A stretch of 64,000 nt of DNA from contig NC_019977.1 in the NCBI RefSeq assembly GCF_000328665.1, forward strand, positions 1,914,011-1,978,010, given 5' to 3'. Source of the DNA: Methanomethylovorans hollandica DSM 15978. GTDB taxonomy: Archaea > Halobacteriota > Methanosarcinia > Methanosarcinales > Methanosarcinaceae. The notes below the pieces were generated by a model, which made no database searches, was not told the origin of the DNA, and saw only the letters and a list, made by a program, of their open reading frames with translations. Within the stretch, counting starts at the first letter, position 1. Every line of letters starts with the position of its first letter. A program made the position numbers and the translations under genes. Shown here one piece after another: positions 1-11,823 of this stretch.

Positions 1-47
1 AGTCGCTGGGAGTTGCACCGAGACTGAAGTTAGACGATGCTGTGTGA
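1..47 (+). CDS. rpoB1: RNA polymerase subunit B' C-terminal end (partial)
   Basis: Frame from base 3 reads SLGVAPRLKLDDAV*, typical archaeal RpoB C-terminus, directly upstream of rpoA1. Confidence 0.85.
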   Translation, partial: SLGVAPRLKLDDAV

Positions 48-59
48 AGGTGATAGAAA

Positions 60-2702
60 ATGGATACACTACCCTCCATACCTAAAAGGATATCTGCAAT
101 ACAATTTGGCCTGATATCTCCAAGAGAGGTAAGGAAAATGAGCGTTACCAACATCATTACTGCAGATACCTATGATGATGATGGTTACCCTATAGATATG
201 GGACTAATGGACCTTAGACTGGGAGTTATAGATCCCGGACTTAAATGCAAGACCTGTTCAAGTAGGGCAGGAGAATGCCCTGGGCATTTTGGACATATAG
301 AGCTGGTTGCCCCAGTAGTACATGTGGGATTTAACAAGACAATCCGCAAAGCATTACGCTCTATATGCCGCAATTGCAGTGCCCTTTTGCTGGAACCGTC
401 TCAGAAAAAGAATTTCCTTACTCAGATCGATAAACTCCATGAAATGGGACATCTGCCGGACCCTGTGATTAATGACGTTTTTAAGGAGGCAAGGAAGACA
501 AAAGTCTGTCCACATTGTGGGACTGAGCAGTTAGAGATCAAGTTCGAAAAACCCACTGAATACATAGAGGATGGGCACAAGCTAACACCTACAGAGATAA
601 GGGACAGGTTCGAGAACATATCAGATGATGATGTGAAAGTGATCGGAATGGACCCTTCATGTGCCAGGCCGGAGTGGATGATCCTTACAGTATTACCCGT
701 GCCGCCTGTAACAGTCAGACCATCCATCACACTTGAGTCCGGCCAGCGCAGTGAAGATGACCTGACCCACAAACTTGTGGATATAATACGTATAAACCAG
801 CGTTTCCAGGAGAACAGGGATGCAGGAGCGCCACAACTTATCATAGAAGATCTGTGGGAACTGTTGCAGTACCATGTGACCACTTTCTTTGACAACGAAG
901 TATCAGGCGTTCCACCGGCAAGACACAGATCCGGAAGACCTCTGAAGACACTTACCCAGCGTCTCAAAGGAAAGGAAGGACGTTTCAGGGGAAGCCTGTC
1001 AGGTAAACGTGTAAACTTCTCTGCACGTACCGTAGTGTCACCTGACCCAAACCTTAGCATCAACGAAGTTGGAGTACCCGAAGCCATAGCTATTCAGATG
1101 ACCATTCCTGAAAGAGTCATCGAGAGAAATATAGAGCTTCTAAGAATGTATATCCTTAAGGGAAGCGATGTCCACCCCGGGGCAAACTATGTGATCCGCC
1201 CGGATGAGAGACGTATAAAGATAACGGAGAACAACAAGGAAGAGCTGGCCGAGAAAGTAGAGAAAGGATGGGTTGTTGAGAGACAACTGATGGATGGAGA
1301 TACCGTACTATTCAACAGGCAGCCATCTCTGCATAAGATGAGTATTATGGCCCATCAGGTGAAAGTCCTTCCTAACAAAACATTCAGGCTTAATCCTGCA
1401 GTGTGCCCCCCATACAACGCTGACTTTGATGGGGATGAGATGAACATGCACGTGCTACAAACTGAGGAATCAAGAGCTGAAGCAAGTATACTCATGCAGG
1501 TGCAGGAAAATATCCTTTCACCACGTTTCGGCGGACCTATCATTGGGGGCATCCACGATCATATATCGGGTATGTTCCTGCTTACAAGGAACGAGAACCG
1601 GATAACCAAGAACGAAGCTTTGGAGCTTCTTAGAAAGGCAGAGATAAGAGAATTACCAGAGCCTGCGGGATATAAGGAGACCGGAGAACCCTATTGGAAT
1701 GGGAAGCAAATATTCAGCCAGATACTTCCGAAAGGACTTAATGCAGAATTCCCTGCTGAAGTGTGTTTTAAATGTGATGTTTGTAAGAAGGAAGCCTGTG
1801 AATACAATGCATATGTTGTGATCCGCAATGGAGAGATGATACAAGGCACAATCGATGAAAGGGCGATAGGGGCTTTCAAAGGTATCATACTTGACAAGGT
1901 AGTAAAGACATACGGTACTACAGCTGGTGCTAAATTTATAGATGATTTTACCAGGCTTGCCATAAGAGGCGTAATGAAGACTGGCCTGAGCTTTGGTATC
2001 AGTGATGAGGATATTCCGGAAACTGCCAAGAAAAATATAAAGGAAGTTCTGACTAAAGCCGAGAGTGAAGTCCAAGACCTTATCGCAGCTTACGAGGCAA
2101 AAGAACTGGAACCTTTGCCAGGAAGGACCCTTGACGAAACCATTGAAATGAAGATCATGCAGACCCTGGGTAAGGCAAGGGACCAGACAGGTAACATTGC
2201 AGGTAATGAGCTTGGTCTGGAAAATTCTGCTGTGATAATGGCCAAGTCCGGAGCAAGAGGTTCCATGCTGAACCTCACACAGATGGCTGCCTGCGTTGGA
2301 CAGCAGGCAGTGCGTGGTGAACGTATCAGGAGAGGATATGCAGGAAGAACACTTCCTCACTTTGACAAAGGAGATCTGGGAGCCGATGCACATGGATTTG
2401 TCAAAGCCAGCTATAAAAGTGGATTATCTCCTACTGAATACTTCTTCCACTCCATAGGAGGACGTGAAGGTCTTGTGGACACTGCGGTACGTACATCCCA
2501 GTCAGGATATCTGCAAAGAAGACTGGTAAACGCTCTCCAAGACCTTGAAGTGCAATATGATGCTACTGTGAGAGAAACGAGGGGTGTTATAGTGCAGTTC
2601 AAGTACGGAGAAGATGGTATAGACTCAACTAAGAGCGACTACAGTAAGCCTGAAAACGTACATAAGATAGTAGAAGCAGTGACAGGAAAGAAGGTGAACT
2701 GA
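60..2702 (+). CDS. rpoA1: DNA-directed RNA polymerase subunit A'
   Basis: Catalytic [11 protein letters not shown] motif, N-terminal Zn motif [22 protein letters not shown]. Confidence 0.99.
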   Translation: MDTLPSIPKRISAIQFGLISPREVRKMSVTNIITADTYDDDGYPIDMGLMDLRLGVIDPGLKCKTCSSRAGECPGHFGHIELVAPVVHVGFNKTIRKALRSICRNCSALLLEPSQKKNFLTQIDKLHEMGHLPDPVINDVFKEARKTKVCPHCGTEQLEIKFEKPTEYIEDGHKLTPTEIRDRFENISDDDVKVIGMDPSCARPEWMILTVLPVPPVTVRPSITLESGQRSEDDLTHKLVDIIRINQRFQENRDAGAPQLIIEDLWELLQYHVTTFFDNEVSGVPPARHRSGRPLKTLTQRLKGKEGRFRGSLSGKRVNFSARTVVSPDPNLSINEVGVPEAIAIQMTIPERVIERNIELLRMYILKGSDVHPGANYVIRPDERRIKITENNKEELAEKVEKGWVVERQLMDGDTVLFNRQPSLHKMSIMAHQVKVLPNKTFRLNPAVCPPYNADFDGDEMNMHVLQTEESRAEASILMQVQENILSPRFGGPIIGGIHDHISGMFLLTRNENRITKNEALELLRKAEIRELPEPAGYKETGEPYWNGKQIFSQILPKGLNAEFPAEVCFKCDVCKKEACEYNAYVVIRNGEMIQGTIDERAIGAFKGIILDKVVKTYGTTAGAKFIDDFTRLAIRGVMKTGLSFGISDEDIPETAKKNIKEVLTKAESEVQDLIAAYEAKELEPLPGRTLDETIEMKIMQTLGKARDQTGNIAGNELGLENSAVIMAKSGARGSMLNLTQMAACVGQQAVRGERIRRGYAGRTLPHFDKGDLGADAHGFVKASYKSGLSPTEYFFHSIGGREGLVDTAVRTSQSGYLQRRLVNALQDLEVQYDATVRETRGVIVQFKYGEDGIDSTKSDYSKPENVHKIVEAVTGKKVN

Positions 2703-2704
2703 AA

Positions 2705-3847
2705 ATGGCTTTGATCGAATCTACGATAGATTCAATGCTTAGTAACCTTGACCTGCCTTTGAACATCCTCCAGACAATTAAAGAAGATGTAATTAAAGCA
2801 GGAGTCAACAAAAAGGAGCTTGAGGAGATCATCGAGAAGGTTAAGGAAAGTTACGAGTATGCAAAAGTAGAACCTTGCGAAGCTGTGGGAGTGGTATCAG
2901 CCCAGTCAATAGGAGAACCGGGCACTCAGATGACGATGCGTACTTTCCACTACGCCGGTGTGGCTGAGATCAACGTTACATTAGGACTTCCCCGTCTTAT
3001 AGAAATAGTTGATGCAAGAAAGGAACCAAGCACTCCAACAATGACAATATCCGTTCTGGAAGAATATGCACAGGACAGAGATAAGGTACGAAAACTCGCA
3101 TGGGAAATAGAGGCTACACACATAGATCAACTAGCAGATGTTACCACCGATCTGCTGAATATGCAGCTAATAATAGACCTTCATGAAAAGACCTTGAACC
3201 ATAGAAGCATAAGTGTAGATGAACTTATCGAAAAACTGAGTGATAAGTTGGATGTACAGGTAAGATTGTCCGAAAACATTGAGAACCAACTCATTGTGAA
3301 CCCAAAAGAGCCTTCGTACAGAGAACTCTTACAGATGGCAAAGAACATTAACAGTATCACCTTGAAGGGGATAGAAGGAGTCAAAAGAGTGGTGATACGC
3401 AAGGATAGTGACGAATATATGCTCTACACCGAAGGTTCCCAGCTGAAGAAAGTGTTGGAGGTGGAAGGTGTAGACATAAGTCGTACCTATACAAACAACA
3501 TTAGTGAGATATACGATGTATTCGGGATAGAGGCTGCAAGGAATGCTATTATCAAGGAAGCTACCAGTACGTTGGGAGAACAGGGTCTTACAGTGGATAT
3601 CAGACACATAATGCTGGTTTCTGATATCATGTGCTGTGATGGTGAAGTCAAGCAGATAGGCCGTCATGGTATTTCAGGTGAAAAGGCTAGTGTATTTGCA
3701 CGTGCTGCTTTTGAGGTAACTGTGAACCATCTGCTTGATGCAGGAATGCGCGGCGATATTGATGAGCTAAATGGTGTCACAGAGAACATTATAGTAGGAC
3801 AGCCTATTAAACTTGGAACTGGAGATGTACACCTGGTAGCTAAATAA
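2705..3847 (+). CDS. rpoA2: DNA-directed RNA polymerase subunit A''
   Basis: [20 protein letters not shown] trigger-loop motif; follows rpoA1. Confidence 0.99.
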   Translation: MALIESTIDSMLSNLDLPLNILQTIKEDVIKAGVNKKELEEIIEKVKESYEYAKVEPCEAVGVVSAQSIGEPGTQMTMRTFHYAGVAEINVTLGLPRLIEIVDARKEPSTPTMTISVLEEYAQDRDKVRKLAWEIEATHIDQLADVTTDLLNMQLIIDLHEKTLNHRSISVDELIEKLSDKLDVQVRLSENIENQLIVNPKEPSYRELLQMAKNINSITLKGIEGVKRVVIRKDSDEYMLYTEGSQLKKVLEVEGVDISRTYTNNISEIYDVFGIEAARNAIIKEATSTLGEQGLTVDIRHIMLVSDIMCCDGEVKQIGRHGISGEKASVFARAAFEVTVNHLLDAGMRGDIDELNGVTENIIVGQPIKLGTGDVHLVAK

Positions 3848-3955
3848 CGTTCCAAAATGGTTTATGTATTACAGAAGAGCAACCAGAAAGTAAATATAAG
3901 GATTCACTTATTAGGATACAGACCTTAGGTTTAAATTGCACAAGAGATGGTATAT

Positions 3956-4243
3956 ATGGCTATTAATATCGACAAAGCATTGATCAAGGCGATAAGGACA
4001 GGAAAGGTGGTGATCGGCTCTAAGAGCACCATCATCGCTGCTGTTAGTGGAAAAGCGAAAATAGTAGTTCTTGCTTCCAACTGCCCGACAGAAATAAGAG
4101 CACAGATCGAGTCTACAGATGTACCTGTACTAAATTATTCCGGTACGAACATGGAACTTGGTCCTGTTTGCGGAAAGCCTTTTGTGATCGCTGCCCTTGC
4201 GATCCTTGAAACGGGTGAATCCGATATTCTTGCAGCAGCTTGA
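3956..4243 (+). CDS. rpl30e: 50S ribosomal protein L30e
   Basis: TGKVVIG..., [10 protein letters not shown] motifs; conserved position; start at ATG 3956 preferred. Confidence 0.95.
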   Translation: MAINIDKALIKAIRTGKVVIGSKSTIIAAVSGKAKIVVLASNCPTEIRAQIESTDVPVLNYSGTNMELGPVCGKPFVIAALAILETGESDILAAA

Positions 4244-4249
4244 AAGGAG

Positions 4250-4684
4250 TTGCTTGACTTGAGCGAGATCAGGCTGTCAACAGAAGGAATAAGATACATC
4301 GCATTATTTGAAAGTGTAACAGGTGCAACTGTGAAAGATTGCATTGTTGAAGACGACCGTATAATATATGTGGTGAAAGCAGGTGACATGGGAGCAGCCA
4401 TTGGAAGAAATGGTGACCACATAAACCGTATAAAGAAAACTGTTGACAAGCAAGTTGAACTCGTTGAATATTCAGATGATCCGGTCATATTCATAAAGAA
4501 TGCTTTTGGCCCAGTAACTGTTAAGTCGGTGAACATTACCACAAGAAAAGATAAACGTGTGGCTTATGCAGATGTCTCTAACAAGGAAAAAGGACTGGCC
4601 ATCGGACGTGAAGGAAAGAACATCGGAAAAGTAAAAATGGTTGCACAAAGGCACCATGATATAGATGATGTTATACTCCAGTGA
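4250..4684 (+). CDS. nusA: Archaeal NusA (KH domains)
   Basis: Two KH GxxG motifs (AIGRNG, AIGREG); start is a TTG at 4250 or 4259. Confidence 0.95.
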   Translation: MLDLSEIRLSTEGIRYIALFESVTGATVKDCIVEDDRIIYVVKAGDMGAAIGRNGDHINRIKKTVDKQVELVEYSDDPVIFIKNAFGPVTVKSVNITTRKDKRVAYADVSNKEKGLAIGREGKNIGKVKMVAQRHHDIDDVILQ

Positions 4685-4744
4685 CTTATAACAGGATCAG
4701 GGTAAAGCACAACATTATTGTGATGAAATCTTGGAGGAAATATT

Positions 4745-5173
4745 ATGCCAAATGGAAAATATGCAGCTCATACTTTAAAGAGCATTCGTCAAAATGCAAG
4801 GTGGAAGGACACCCAGTATAACAGGCGTACTCTTGGTCTGAACGTAAAAGCTGACCCCCTTGGAGGAGCTCCACAGGGAAGAGGGATAGTACTTGAAAAG
4901 CTAGGAATAGAGGCAAAGCAGCCTAACTCTGCTATAAGGAAATGTGTGAGGATACAGCTGATCAAAAATGGTCGTCAGGTATCTGCATTCTGCCCCGGGG
5001 ACGGTGCTATCAACTTCATTGACGAACACGACGAAGTTACAGTAGAGAGAATTGGCGGACGCATGGGCGGTGCAATGGGAGATATCCCGGGTGTGCGTTT
5101 CAAGGTTATTGCAGTTAACAATGTGTCCCTGAACGAGATGGTCATTGGCCGCAAAGAGAAACCAAGGAGATGA
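4745..5173 (+). CDS. rps12: 30S ribosomal protein S12 (uS12)
   Basis: [10 protein letters not shown] and [10 protein letters not shown] motifs. Confidence 0.99.
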   Translation: MPNGKYAAHTLKSIRQNARWKDTQYNRRTLGLNVKADPLGGAPQGRGIVLEKLGIEAKQPNSAIRKCVRIQLIKNGRQVSAFCPGDGAINFIDEHDEVTVERIGGRMGGAMGDIPGVRFKVIAVNNVSLNEMVIGRKEKPRR

Positions 5174-5179
5174 TCTTCA

Positions 5180-5740
5180 ATGTATAAATTATATGGAAAA
5201 TGGGACCTTGCAGAAGTAGAGGTAACAGATCTAGGAATAAAGAGATATGCTAATCTCGATCCTGTGATATTGCCACATTCAAGCGGCAGACACGCACGCC
5301 AGCAATTCAACAAATCTAATTTGCTTATAGTTGAACGTCTTGTAAACAGTATGATGAGAGGAAAGAAAAACACCGGCAAGAAACAAATTGCTATGCGTAC
5401 TGTTGAAGATGCTCTGGAAATAATCAATACAAAAACAAAAAAGAACCCCGTCCAGGTACTTATAGAGGCTATTGCCAACGCTGGTCCCAGGGAAGAAGTT
5501 GTCAGACTTAAATACGGAGGCATCTCTGTCCCTAAAGCTGTGGACACTGCACCTCAGAGGCGTGTTGACAGCGCTCTTAGATACATTTCAATGGGAGCAA
5601 GCCAGGCAGCATTCAAATCAAAGAAGTCTCTGGCAGAATGCCTTGCATCTGAACTGATAGCTGCAGCAAATCGTGATGCGAAGTGTTTCTCCATTAACAG
5701 GAAGGATGCTAAGGAAAGAGTTGCAAAGGCAGCACGTTAA
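5180..5740 (+). CDS. rps7: 30S ribosomal protein S7 (uS7)
   Basis: [24 protein letters not shown] motifs; str operon order. Confidence 0.98.
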   Translation: MYKLYGKWDLAEVEVTDLGIKRYANLDPVILPHSSGRHARQQFNKSNLLIVERLVNSMMRGKKNTGKKQIAMRTVEDALEIINTKTKKNPVQVLIEAIANAGPREEVVRLKYGGISVPKAVDTAPQRRVDSALRYISMGASQAAFKSKKSLAECLASELIAAANRDAKCFSINRKDAKERVAKAAR

Positions 5741-5781
5741 GCTGTTCATTGCTCACAATAATAGAATTACAGGGTAGTATT

Positions 5782-7974
5782 ATGGGAAGAAGAAAGAAAA
5801 TGGTGGAGCGCGTCACTGCGTTGATGGGCACGCCTGAAACGATACGCAACATAGGCATAGTTGCGCACATTGATCACGGTAAAACCACATTATCCGATAA
5901 CCTGCTGGGCGGAGCCGGAATGATATCCAAGGAGCTGGCAGGTAAGCAGCTCTTCATGGACTCTGACGAGGAAGAACAGGCAAGGGGAATTACCATCGAT
6001 GCATCCAATGTTTCAATGGTGCACGAATATGAAGGAAAGGAATACCTGATCAACCTTATAGACACACCTGGCCACGTGGACTTTGGTGGAGACGTTACAC
6101 GTGCCATGCGTGCAGTAGATGGAGCTGTAGTCGTAATTGATGCGGTAGAGGGTACAATGCCACAGACAGAGACTGTTCTGCGGCAGGCCCTAAGAGAGCA
6201 TGTTAAACCTGTGCTGTTCATAAATAAAGTAGATCGCCTTATAAATGAACTGCAGGTAGATTCTCAGGAAATGCAGGTAAGACTCGGGAAGCTTATAGAC
6301 CATGTTAACAAGCTCATCAAAGGAATGAACGAAGAGAGATATAAGGCAGGCTGGAAAGTAGATGCTGCTGCCGGTACTGTAGCTTTCGGTTCAGCACTTT
6401 ATAACTGGGCAATAAGTGTACCAATGATGAAAAAGACTGGTATCAGTTTCAATGATGTATACGACTACTGTAAGAAAGAGGATATGAAGGCACTTGCTGA
6501 CAAATGTCCTTTGCATGAGGTCGTAAACGACATGGTGGTCAGGTTCCTGCCAAATCCTCTGCAGGCGCAGAAGGGAAGAGTGGCAGCTATCTGGCACGGG
6601 GATAAAGAATTACCTATTGCGAAAGCTATGATGAGTGCTGATGCCTCTGCAGACCTTACATTCATGGTCACTGACATATCCATGGACCCACACGCAGGAG
6701 AAGTAGCCACTGGAAGACTTTTCAGTGGAAGTCTGACACGTGGAATGGAAGTATACGTATCCGGTGCTGCCAAGAAGAACAGGATACAGCAGGTAGGAAT
6801 TTTTATGGGCCCCGAGAGGCTTGAAGTCGAAAAGATCCCTGCTGGTAACATAGCTGCTGTAACTGGCCTTAAAGATGCCATCGTAGGTTCCACAGTAACC
6901 ACTCTGGAAAACATGACACCTTTTGAAAGCATAAAACATGGCAGTGAACCTGTGGTGACAGTTGCAGTCGAAGCAAAGCACATGAAAGATCTCCCCAAGC
7001 TTGTTGAAGTCCTTAGACAGGTAGCAAAGGAAGATCCAACACTCAGGATCACCCTTGATGAAGAAACCGGGGAGCACCTGATGGCTGGTATGGGCGAACT
7101 TCATCTTGAGGTTATCGCACACAGAATAGAGCGTGACAAAGGAGTGGAGATCACCACAACACCACCGCTGGTTGTATATCGTGAAACAATTCGTGGAAAT
7201 GCGGGCCCTGTTGAAGGAAAATCACCAAACAGACACAACCGGTTCTATGTAGAGATTGAACCCATTGAGCCAGAAGTGGTCGAACTTATCCGTAACGGCG
7301 ACATTTCAATGAATATGCCGGAACTGGAACGCCGTGAGAAACTTATGGCAGCTGGAATGAGCAAGGATCAGGCAAAAGGTATCGCAGACATATACGAATC
7401 TAATATCTATATAGATATGACAAAGGGTATCCAGTACCTTAATGAAACTATGGAGCTTATCCTTGAAGGATTCCAGGAAGTCATGAAAGCGGGACCATTA
7501 TCAAGGGAACCCTGTATGGGCATCAAGGTCAAATTAGTGGACGCAAAGTTGCACGAAGATGCTGTACACAGAGGACCTGCTCAGGTAATTCCTGCTTCAA
7601 GGCAGGCCATACAGGCAGCCATGCTTATGGCTGGAGATACACTCCTTGAGCCATATCAGAAAGTTTTCATCCAGGTACCACAGGACCAGATGGGTGGAGC
7701 AACAAAGGAAATCCAGGGTCGTCGTGGAATTATAATGGATATGCATACTGAAGGCGACACTACAGTTATTGAATCAAGGGCTCCTGTAGCTGCATTATTT
7801 GGTTTCGCTGGTGATATCAGGTCAGCGACCGAAGGACGTGCAATGTGGAGCACTGAATTCGCTGGCTTTGAGACACTGCCTACAAACCTGTTGGGCGAGG
7901 TAGTAGGAGCCATCAGACAAAGAAAAGGCCTGAAGAAGGACATACCACAGGCATCTGATTACCTTTCCATGTAA
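5782..7974 (+). CDS. fusA: Elongation factor EF-2
   Basis: [21 protein letters not shown] GTPase motifs; diphthamide loop HEDAVHRG. Confidence 0.99.
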   Translation: MGRRKKMVERVTALMGTPETIRNIGIVAHIDHGKTTLSDNLLGGAGMISKELAGKQLFMDSDEEEQARGITIDASNVSMVHEYEGKEYLINLIDTPGHVDFGGDVTRAMRAVDGAVVVIDAVEGTMPQTETVLRQALREHVKPVLFINKVDRLINELQVDSQEMQVRLGKLIDHVNKLIKGMNEERYKAGWKVDAAAGTVAFGSALYNWAISVPMMKKTGISFNDVYDYCKKEDMKALADKCPLHEVVNDMVVRFLPNPLQAQKGRVAAIWHGDKELPIAKAMMSADASADLTFMVTDISMDPHAGEVATGRLFSGSLTRGMEVYVSGAAKKNRIQQVGIFMGPERLEVEKIPAGNIAAVTGLKDAIVGSTVTTLENMTPFESIKHGSEPVVTVAVEAKHMKDLPKLVEVLRQVAKEDPTLRITLDEETGEHLMAGMGELHLEVIAHRIERDKGVEITTTPPLVVYRETIRGNAGPVEGKSPNRHNRFYVEIEPIEPEVVELIRNGDISMNMPELERREKLMAAGMSKDQAKGIADIYESNIYIDMTKGIQYLNETMELILEGFQEVMKAGPLSREPCMGIKVKLVDAKLHEDAVHRGPAQVIPASRQAIQAAMLMAGDTLLEPYQKVFIQVPQDQMGGATKEIQGRRGIIMDMHTEGDTTVIESRAPVAALFGFAGDIRSATEGRAMWSTEFAGFETLPTNLLGEVVGAIRQRKGLKKDIPQASDYLSM

Positions 7975-8012
7975 GCTGAGGTACAAGGCTTATGCCTGTA
8001 CCTCCAGCTTTT
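7974..8012 (+). terminator. Stem-loop plus T-run after fusA
   Basis: AGCTG-AGGTACA-AGGC ttat GCCT-GTACCT-C-CAGCT then TTT; a GGAAAGGTTTAAA BRE/TATA-like element follows. Confidence 0.55.
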
Positions 8013-8089
8013 CCTCGGAAAGGTTTAAACGTAGAAAAAACTATTAGGACAAATCATAATTAACCAATATCAAATAGGAGACGATTTAA

Positions 8090-9358
8090 ATGGCTGAGAA
8101 ACCACACATGAACTTAGCAGTCATCGGTCACATTGATCACGGCAAATCTACACTTGTCGGAAGATTGATGTTCGAAACCGGGGCAGTGCCTGCACACATG
8201 ATCGAGAAATACAAGCAGGAAGCAAGAGAAAAAGGAAAGGAATCATTCGCCTTTGCATGGGTTATGGACTCTCTGAAGGAAGAGAGAGAAAGAGGTATCA
8301 CCATCGATATCGCCCACAGAAGGTTCGACACTGACAAATATTATTTCACAGTCGTGGACTGTCCAGGCCACCGTGACTTCGTAAAGAACATGATCACAGG
8401 TGCCTCCCAGGCAGATGCAGCAATCCTTGTAGTCGCCGCACCGGACGGAGTCATGGCACAGACAAGGGAACACATATTTCTGTCCAGAACCCTTGGTATC
8501 AACCAGCTGATCATTGCCGTCAACAAAATGGACGCAGCAAAGTACAGCGAGGAAAGATACAATGAAGTAAAGGAACAGGTTTCACAGTTACTCGGCATGG
8601 TCGGTTTCAAGGCATCTGAGATCCCATTCATTCCAACCTCTGCTTTTGAAGGAGACAATATTAAGACATCTCCAAGTCCAAATACACCATGGTACAAAGG
8701 ACCAGGAATTCTTGAAGCCCTTAATGCCCTCAAGCTGCCAGAAAAGCCGGATAAACTTCCACTAAGGATCCCTGTACAGGATGCATACACCATCTCCGGT
8801 ATCGGAACTGTGCCAGTAGGCAGAGTAGAGACCGGCATAATGAAGAAAGGTGACAAAGTAGTATTCATGCCAACTGGAGCAGGTGGAGAAGTAAAGTCCA
8901 TCGAAATGCACCATGAGGAAATTGAACAGGCAACCCCGGGCGACAACATCGGCTGGAGCGTAAGAGGTGTAGGAAAGGCGGACGTGCGCAGAGGAGATGT
9001 ATGTGGACACAGTGCTAACCCACCAAGCGTGGCCGATGAGTTTACCGCACAGATCGTGGTACTCCAGCATCCATCTGCGATCACAGTAGGATATACACCT
9101 GTATTCCACTGCCACACCACACAGACCGCATGTACTCTTATGTCAATAGACAAGAAGCTTGACCCCAAATCCGGACAGGTCAAGGAAGAGAACCCCACCT
9201 TCATTAAGGCTGGAGATGCGGCAATTGTAACTGTTAAGCCAACAAAGCCAATGTGTATCGAGCCTGTAAAATCAATTCCACAGCTTGGAAGGTTCGCCAT
9301 TCGTGATATGGGAATGACCATTGCTGCCGGCATGTGCATGAGTGTCAAACAGAAATAA
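8090..9358 (+). CDS. tuf: Elongation factor EF-1 alpha
   Basis: [30 protein letters not shown] motifs. Confidence 0.99.
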   Translation: MAEKPHMNLAVIGHIDHGKSTLVGRLMFETGAVPAHMIEKYKQEAREKGKESFAFAWVMDSLKEERERGITIDIAHRRFDTDKYYFTVVDCPGHRDFVKNMITGASQADAAILVVAAPDGVMAQTREHIFLSRTLGINQLIIAVNKMDAAKYSEERYNEVKEQVSQLLGMVGFKASEIPFIPTSAFEGDNIKTSPSPNTPWYKGPGILEALNALKLPEKPDKLPLRIPVQDAYTISGIGTVPVGRVETGIMKKGDKVVFMPTGAGGEVKSIEMHHEEIEQATPGDNIGWSVRGVGKADVRRGDVCGHSANPPSVADEFTAQIVVLQHPSAITVGYTPVFHCHTTQTACTLMSIDKKLDPKSGQVKEENPTFIKAGDAAIVTVKPTKPMCIEPVKSIPQLGRFAIRDMGMTIAAGMCMSVKQK

Positions 9359-9703
<345 letters not shown>

Positions 9704-9712
9704 AAACAAAAA

Positions 9713-9757
9713 GTTACAGATCATATCTGTAACCCTCTTTTTTCTTTCTTTTATTTC
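9713..9757 (+). terminator. Terminator after the str operon
   Basis: Perfect hairpin GTTACAGAT-cat-ATCTGTAAC followed by a long T-rich tract. Confidence 0.75.
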
Positions 9758-10164
9758 AGCAGGAACCTATTTACAGAGAATCTGCAGAAAGAAATAACAT
9801 TTTTAATCAGCCAGATAACAAAGTAGTTAATATGTAATCGGGATTAGATTTAATTTTAAAAAACTCTATTATTCGAAGCAGAAAAAATCCTGAAAAACTG
9901 GATTGCAAATAGATTAAAATAATAAAAAGTAGTTGAAAGCAATCATTTGCTAGAATTAGAGAGATAAATCATCAAATTATGCAAGCACAGGAAAAAATAG
10001 ATATCTATTATAATAAAAACAGGATACTTTCATTCCGAAAAGATATGACTTCTGTAAATATGAGTAAATCTCTTTACGAACTTTTTGTCTTGTCATGCCT
10101 TTATTAAATTCATTCTGATCTGGATCCAATATCCTGCAAATACCTGTGTGAGAAAGAGGAAAAA

Positions 10165-11433
10165 ATGTCATTTGAAAACCTAAAGATTAAAAAAACGCTT
10201 CAAAGAGCGCTTGAAAGCGAAGGATATATCACTCCTACACCCATACAGGCACAAGCAATTCCACATTTATTGGAAAACAGGGATCTGATAGGTATTGCCC
10301 AGACAGGTACAGGCAAGACTGCTGCATTTGTATTACCTATACTTCAAAAACTGTCAGAGACAAACAAACCTTCCAAATCCCGAGCGCCACGAGTACTTGT
10401 ACTTGCACCTACGAGAGAGCTTGCTGCACAGATAGGAGACAGCTTTTCCACTTATGGGCAGTTCATAAGGTTCCGGTACACAGTTGTATTCGGTGGTGTA
10501 GGACAAGGACCCCAGGTGAAGGCTTTAGCACACGGTGTTGATGTTCTTATCGCTACTCCAGGAAGACTGCTTGATCTCCTGGACCAGGGACACGTAAAAT
10601 TGAACGAAGTGGAGTTCTTTGTGCTTGATGAAGCTGACAGGATGTTGGATATGGGTTTCATAAAAGATGTGTACAGAATAGTACCCTTACTTCCTGTAAA
10701 AAGACAATCTCTTTTCTTCTCTGCTACAATGTCTCCACAGATTGCAGAACTTGCCAGAAAACTTCTAACAAGCCCGGTACATGTGGAAGTATCCCCTCAG
10801 GCAACAACAGTAGAAAAAATAGACCAATTCGTCTTTTTCGTGGACCAGGAGAACAAAGACAACCTGTTGCTTGGCCTCCTGCAGCACAATCATTTAAGAT
10901 CTGTTTTAGTTTTTACCCGCACAAAACATCGTGCAAATAAAGTGGCTTTGATGCTTAACAAGAATAAAATCGAAGCCGATGCCATCCATGGTAATAAATC
11001 ACAAAACCAGCGTACTAAAGCCATGGACGATTTCAAGTCAGGGAATGTAAGAGTACTGGTGGCAACAGATATTGCTGCGCGGGGAATCGATATTGAGGAT
11101 ATATCTCATGTCATAAACTACGATCTTCCTAACGAACCAGAGAATTATGTACATCGCATCGGACGCACGGCAAGAGCAGGATCGGATGGTACAGCATACT
11201 CATTCTGTGCAGCAGACGAACGTGATTATCTGCGCAGCATCGAAAAACTCACACGGCAGGAAATAGAGGTTGCAGAACATCACTATCATTCGGAAACAGC
11301 AAGGAACGCTACTGGAGACGCAGCCAAACCAGCTCCAAGAACACAGCGTGGATCCGGACAGAAAACCAGACCACAAAAACAGAACAGACAACACCCAGTA
11401 TCAAGGAAACCGCGTCCTGCAAGAGGAAGCTAA
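10165..11433 (+). CDS. DEAD-box RNA helicase (RhlE-like)
   Basis: Q motif, AQTGTGKT, PTRELA, DEAD, SAT, HRIGRTARAG; basic C-terminal tail. Confidence 0.97.
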   Translation: MSFENLKIKKTLQRALESEGYITPTPIQAQAIPHLLENRDLIGIAQTGTGKTAAFVLPILQKLSETNKPSKSRAPRVLVLAPTRELAAQIGDSFSTYGQFIRFRYTVVFGGVGQGPQVKALAHGVDVLIATPGRLLDLLDQGHVKLNEVEFFVLDEADRMLDMGFIKDVYRIVPLLPVKRQSLFFSATMSPQIAELARKLLTSPVHVEVSPQATTVEKIDQFVFFVDQENKDNLLLGLLQHNHLRSVLVFTRTKHRANKVALMLNKNKIEADAIHGNKSQNQRTKAMDDFKSGNVRVLVATDIAARGIDIEDISHVINYDLPNEPENYVHRIGRTARAGSDGTAYSFCAADERDYLRSIEKLTRQEIEVAEHHYHSETARNATGDAAKPAPRTQRGSGQKTRPQKQNRQHPVSRKPRPARGS

Positions 11434-11498
11434 CCATCTGAAAATAACATCAACAGCACATTTATCAGTGATGAATACCTTACCGGTATTCACTCTTT

Positions 11499-11570
11499 GG
11501 ACCTGTAGTGTAGCGGATATCACTTAAGCCTCCGGAGCTTAGAACCCGGGTTCGAGTCCCGGCAGGTCCG
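11499..11570 (+). tRNA. tRNA-Arg(CCG)
   Basis: Acceptor stem GGACCTG/CAGGTCC, anticodon arm TAAGC-CT-CCG-GA-GCTTA, T-arm CCGGG-TTCGAGT-CCCGG; no encoded CCA. Confidence 0.95.
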
Positions 11571-11606
11571 CTAAAATAAATTGTTTTTATTATTTTTAAC
11601 GTCCTC

Positions 11607-11680
11607 AAAAAATAGTGAAAACTTGATTGACTACACCGACCTTATAAGACGGAAACCAAGCGAGCAGTGGCCATAGCCCT
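11607..11680 (-). ncRNA. Candidate structured small RNA
   Basis: GC-richer island in AT-rich DNA; minus strand folds into a three-way junction; TATA-rich tract upstream and T6 run downstream. Confidence 0.3.
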
Positions 11681-11690
11681 GTTATTAAAC

Positions 11691-11743
11691 TATATATATA
11701 CATATATATATACATGCGTGTGTGTGTTGCGTGCACATACATA
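11691..11743. repeat. Alternating purine-pyrimidine (TA/CA/TG) tract
   Basis: 37 bp of perfect RY alternation (11691-11727) then 16 more after one break. Confidence 0.8.
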
Positions 11744-11823
11744 ACTTTTAAGAAAGCATTTACTTTTACCTGCATCAGTAAGAAATATAAATATTCAAAA
11801 TAGTTGATAAATGGGATATCCAA

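Noticed and set aside
8341..9348. 335-aa antisense ORF over tuf, and similar long antisense ORFs over rpoA1, fusA, pyk and the oxidoreductase
   Set aside because: Shadow frames of conserved genes with no recognisable motifs
9970..9979. CATCAAATTA match to the IS end motif
   Set aside because: Only 10 bp in AT-rich DNA with no partner end or transposase remnant; likely chance
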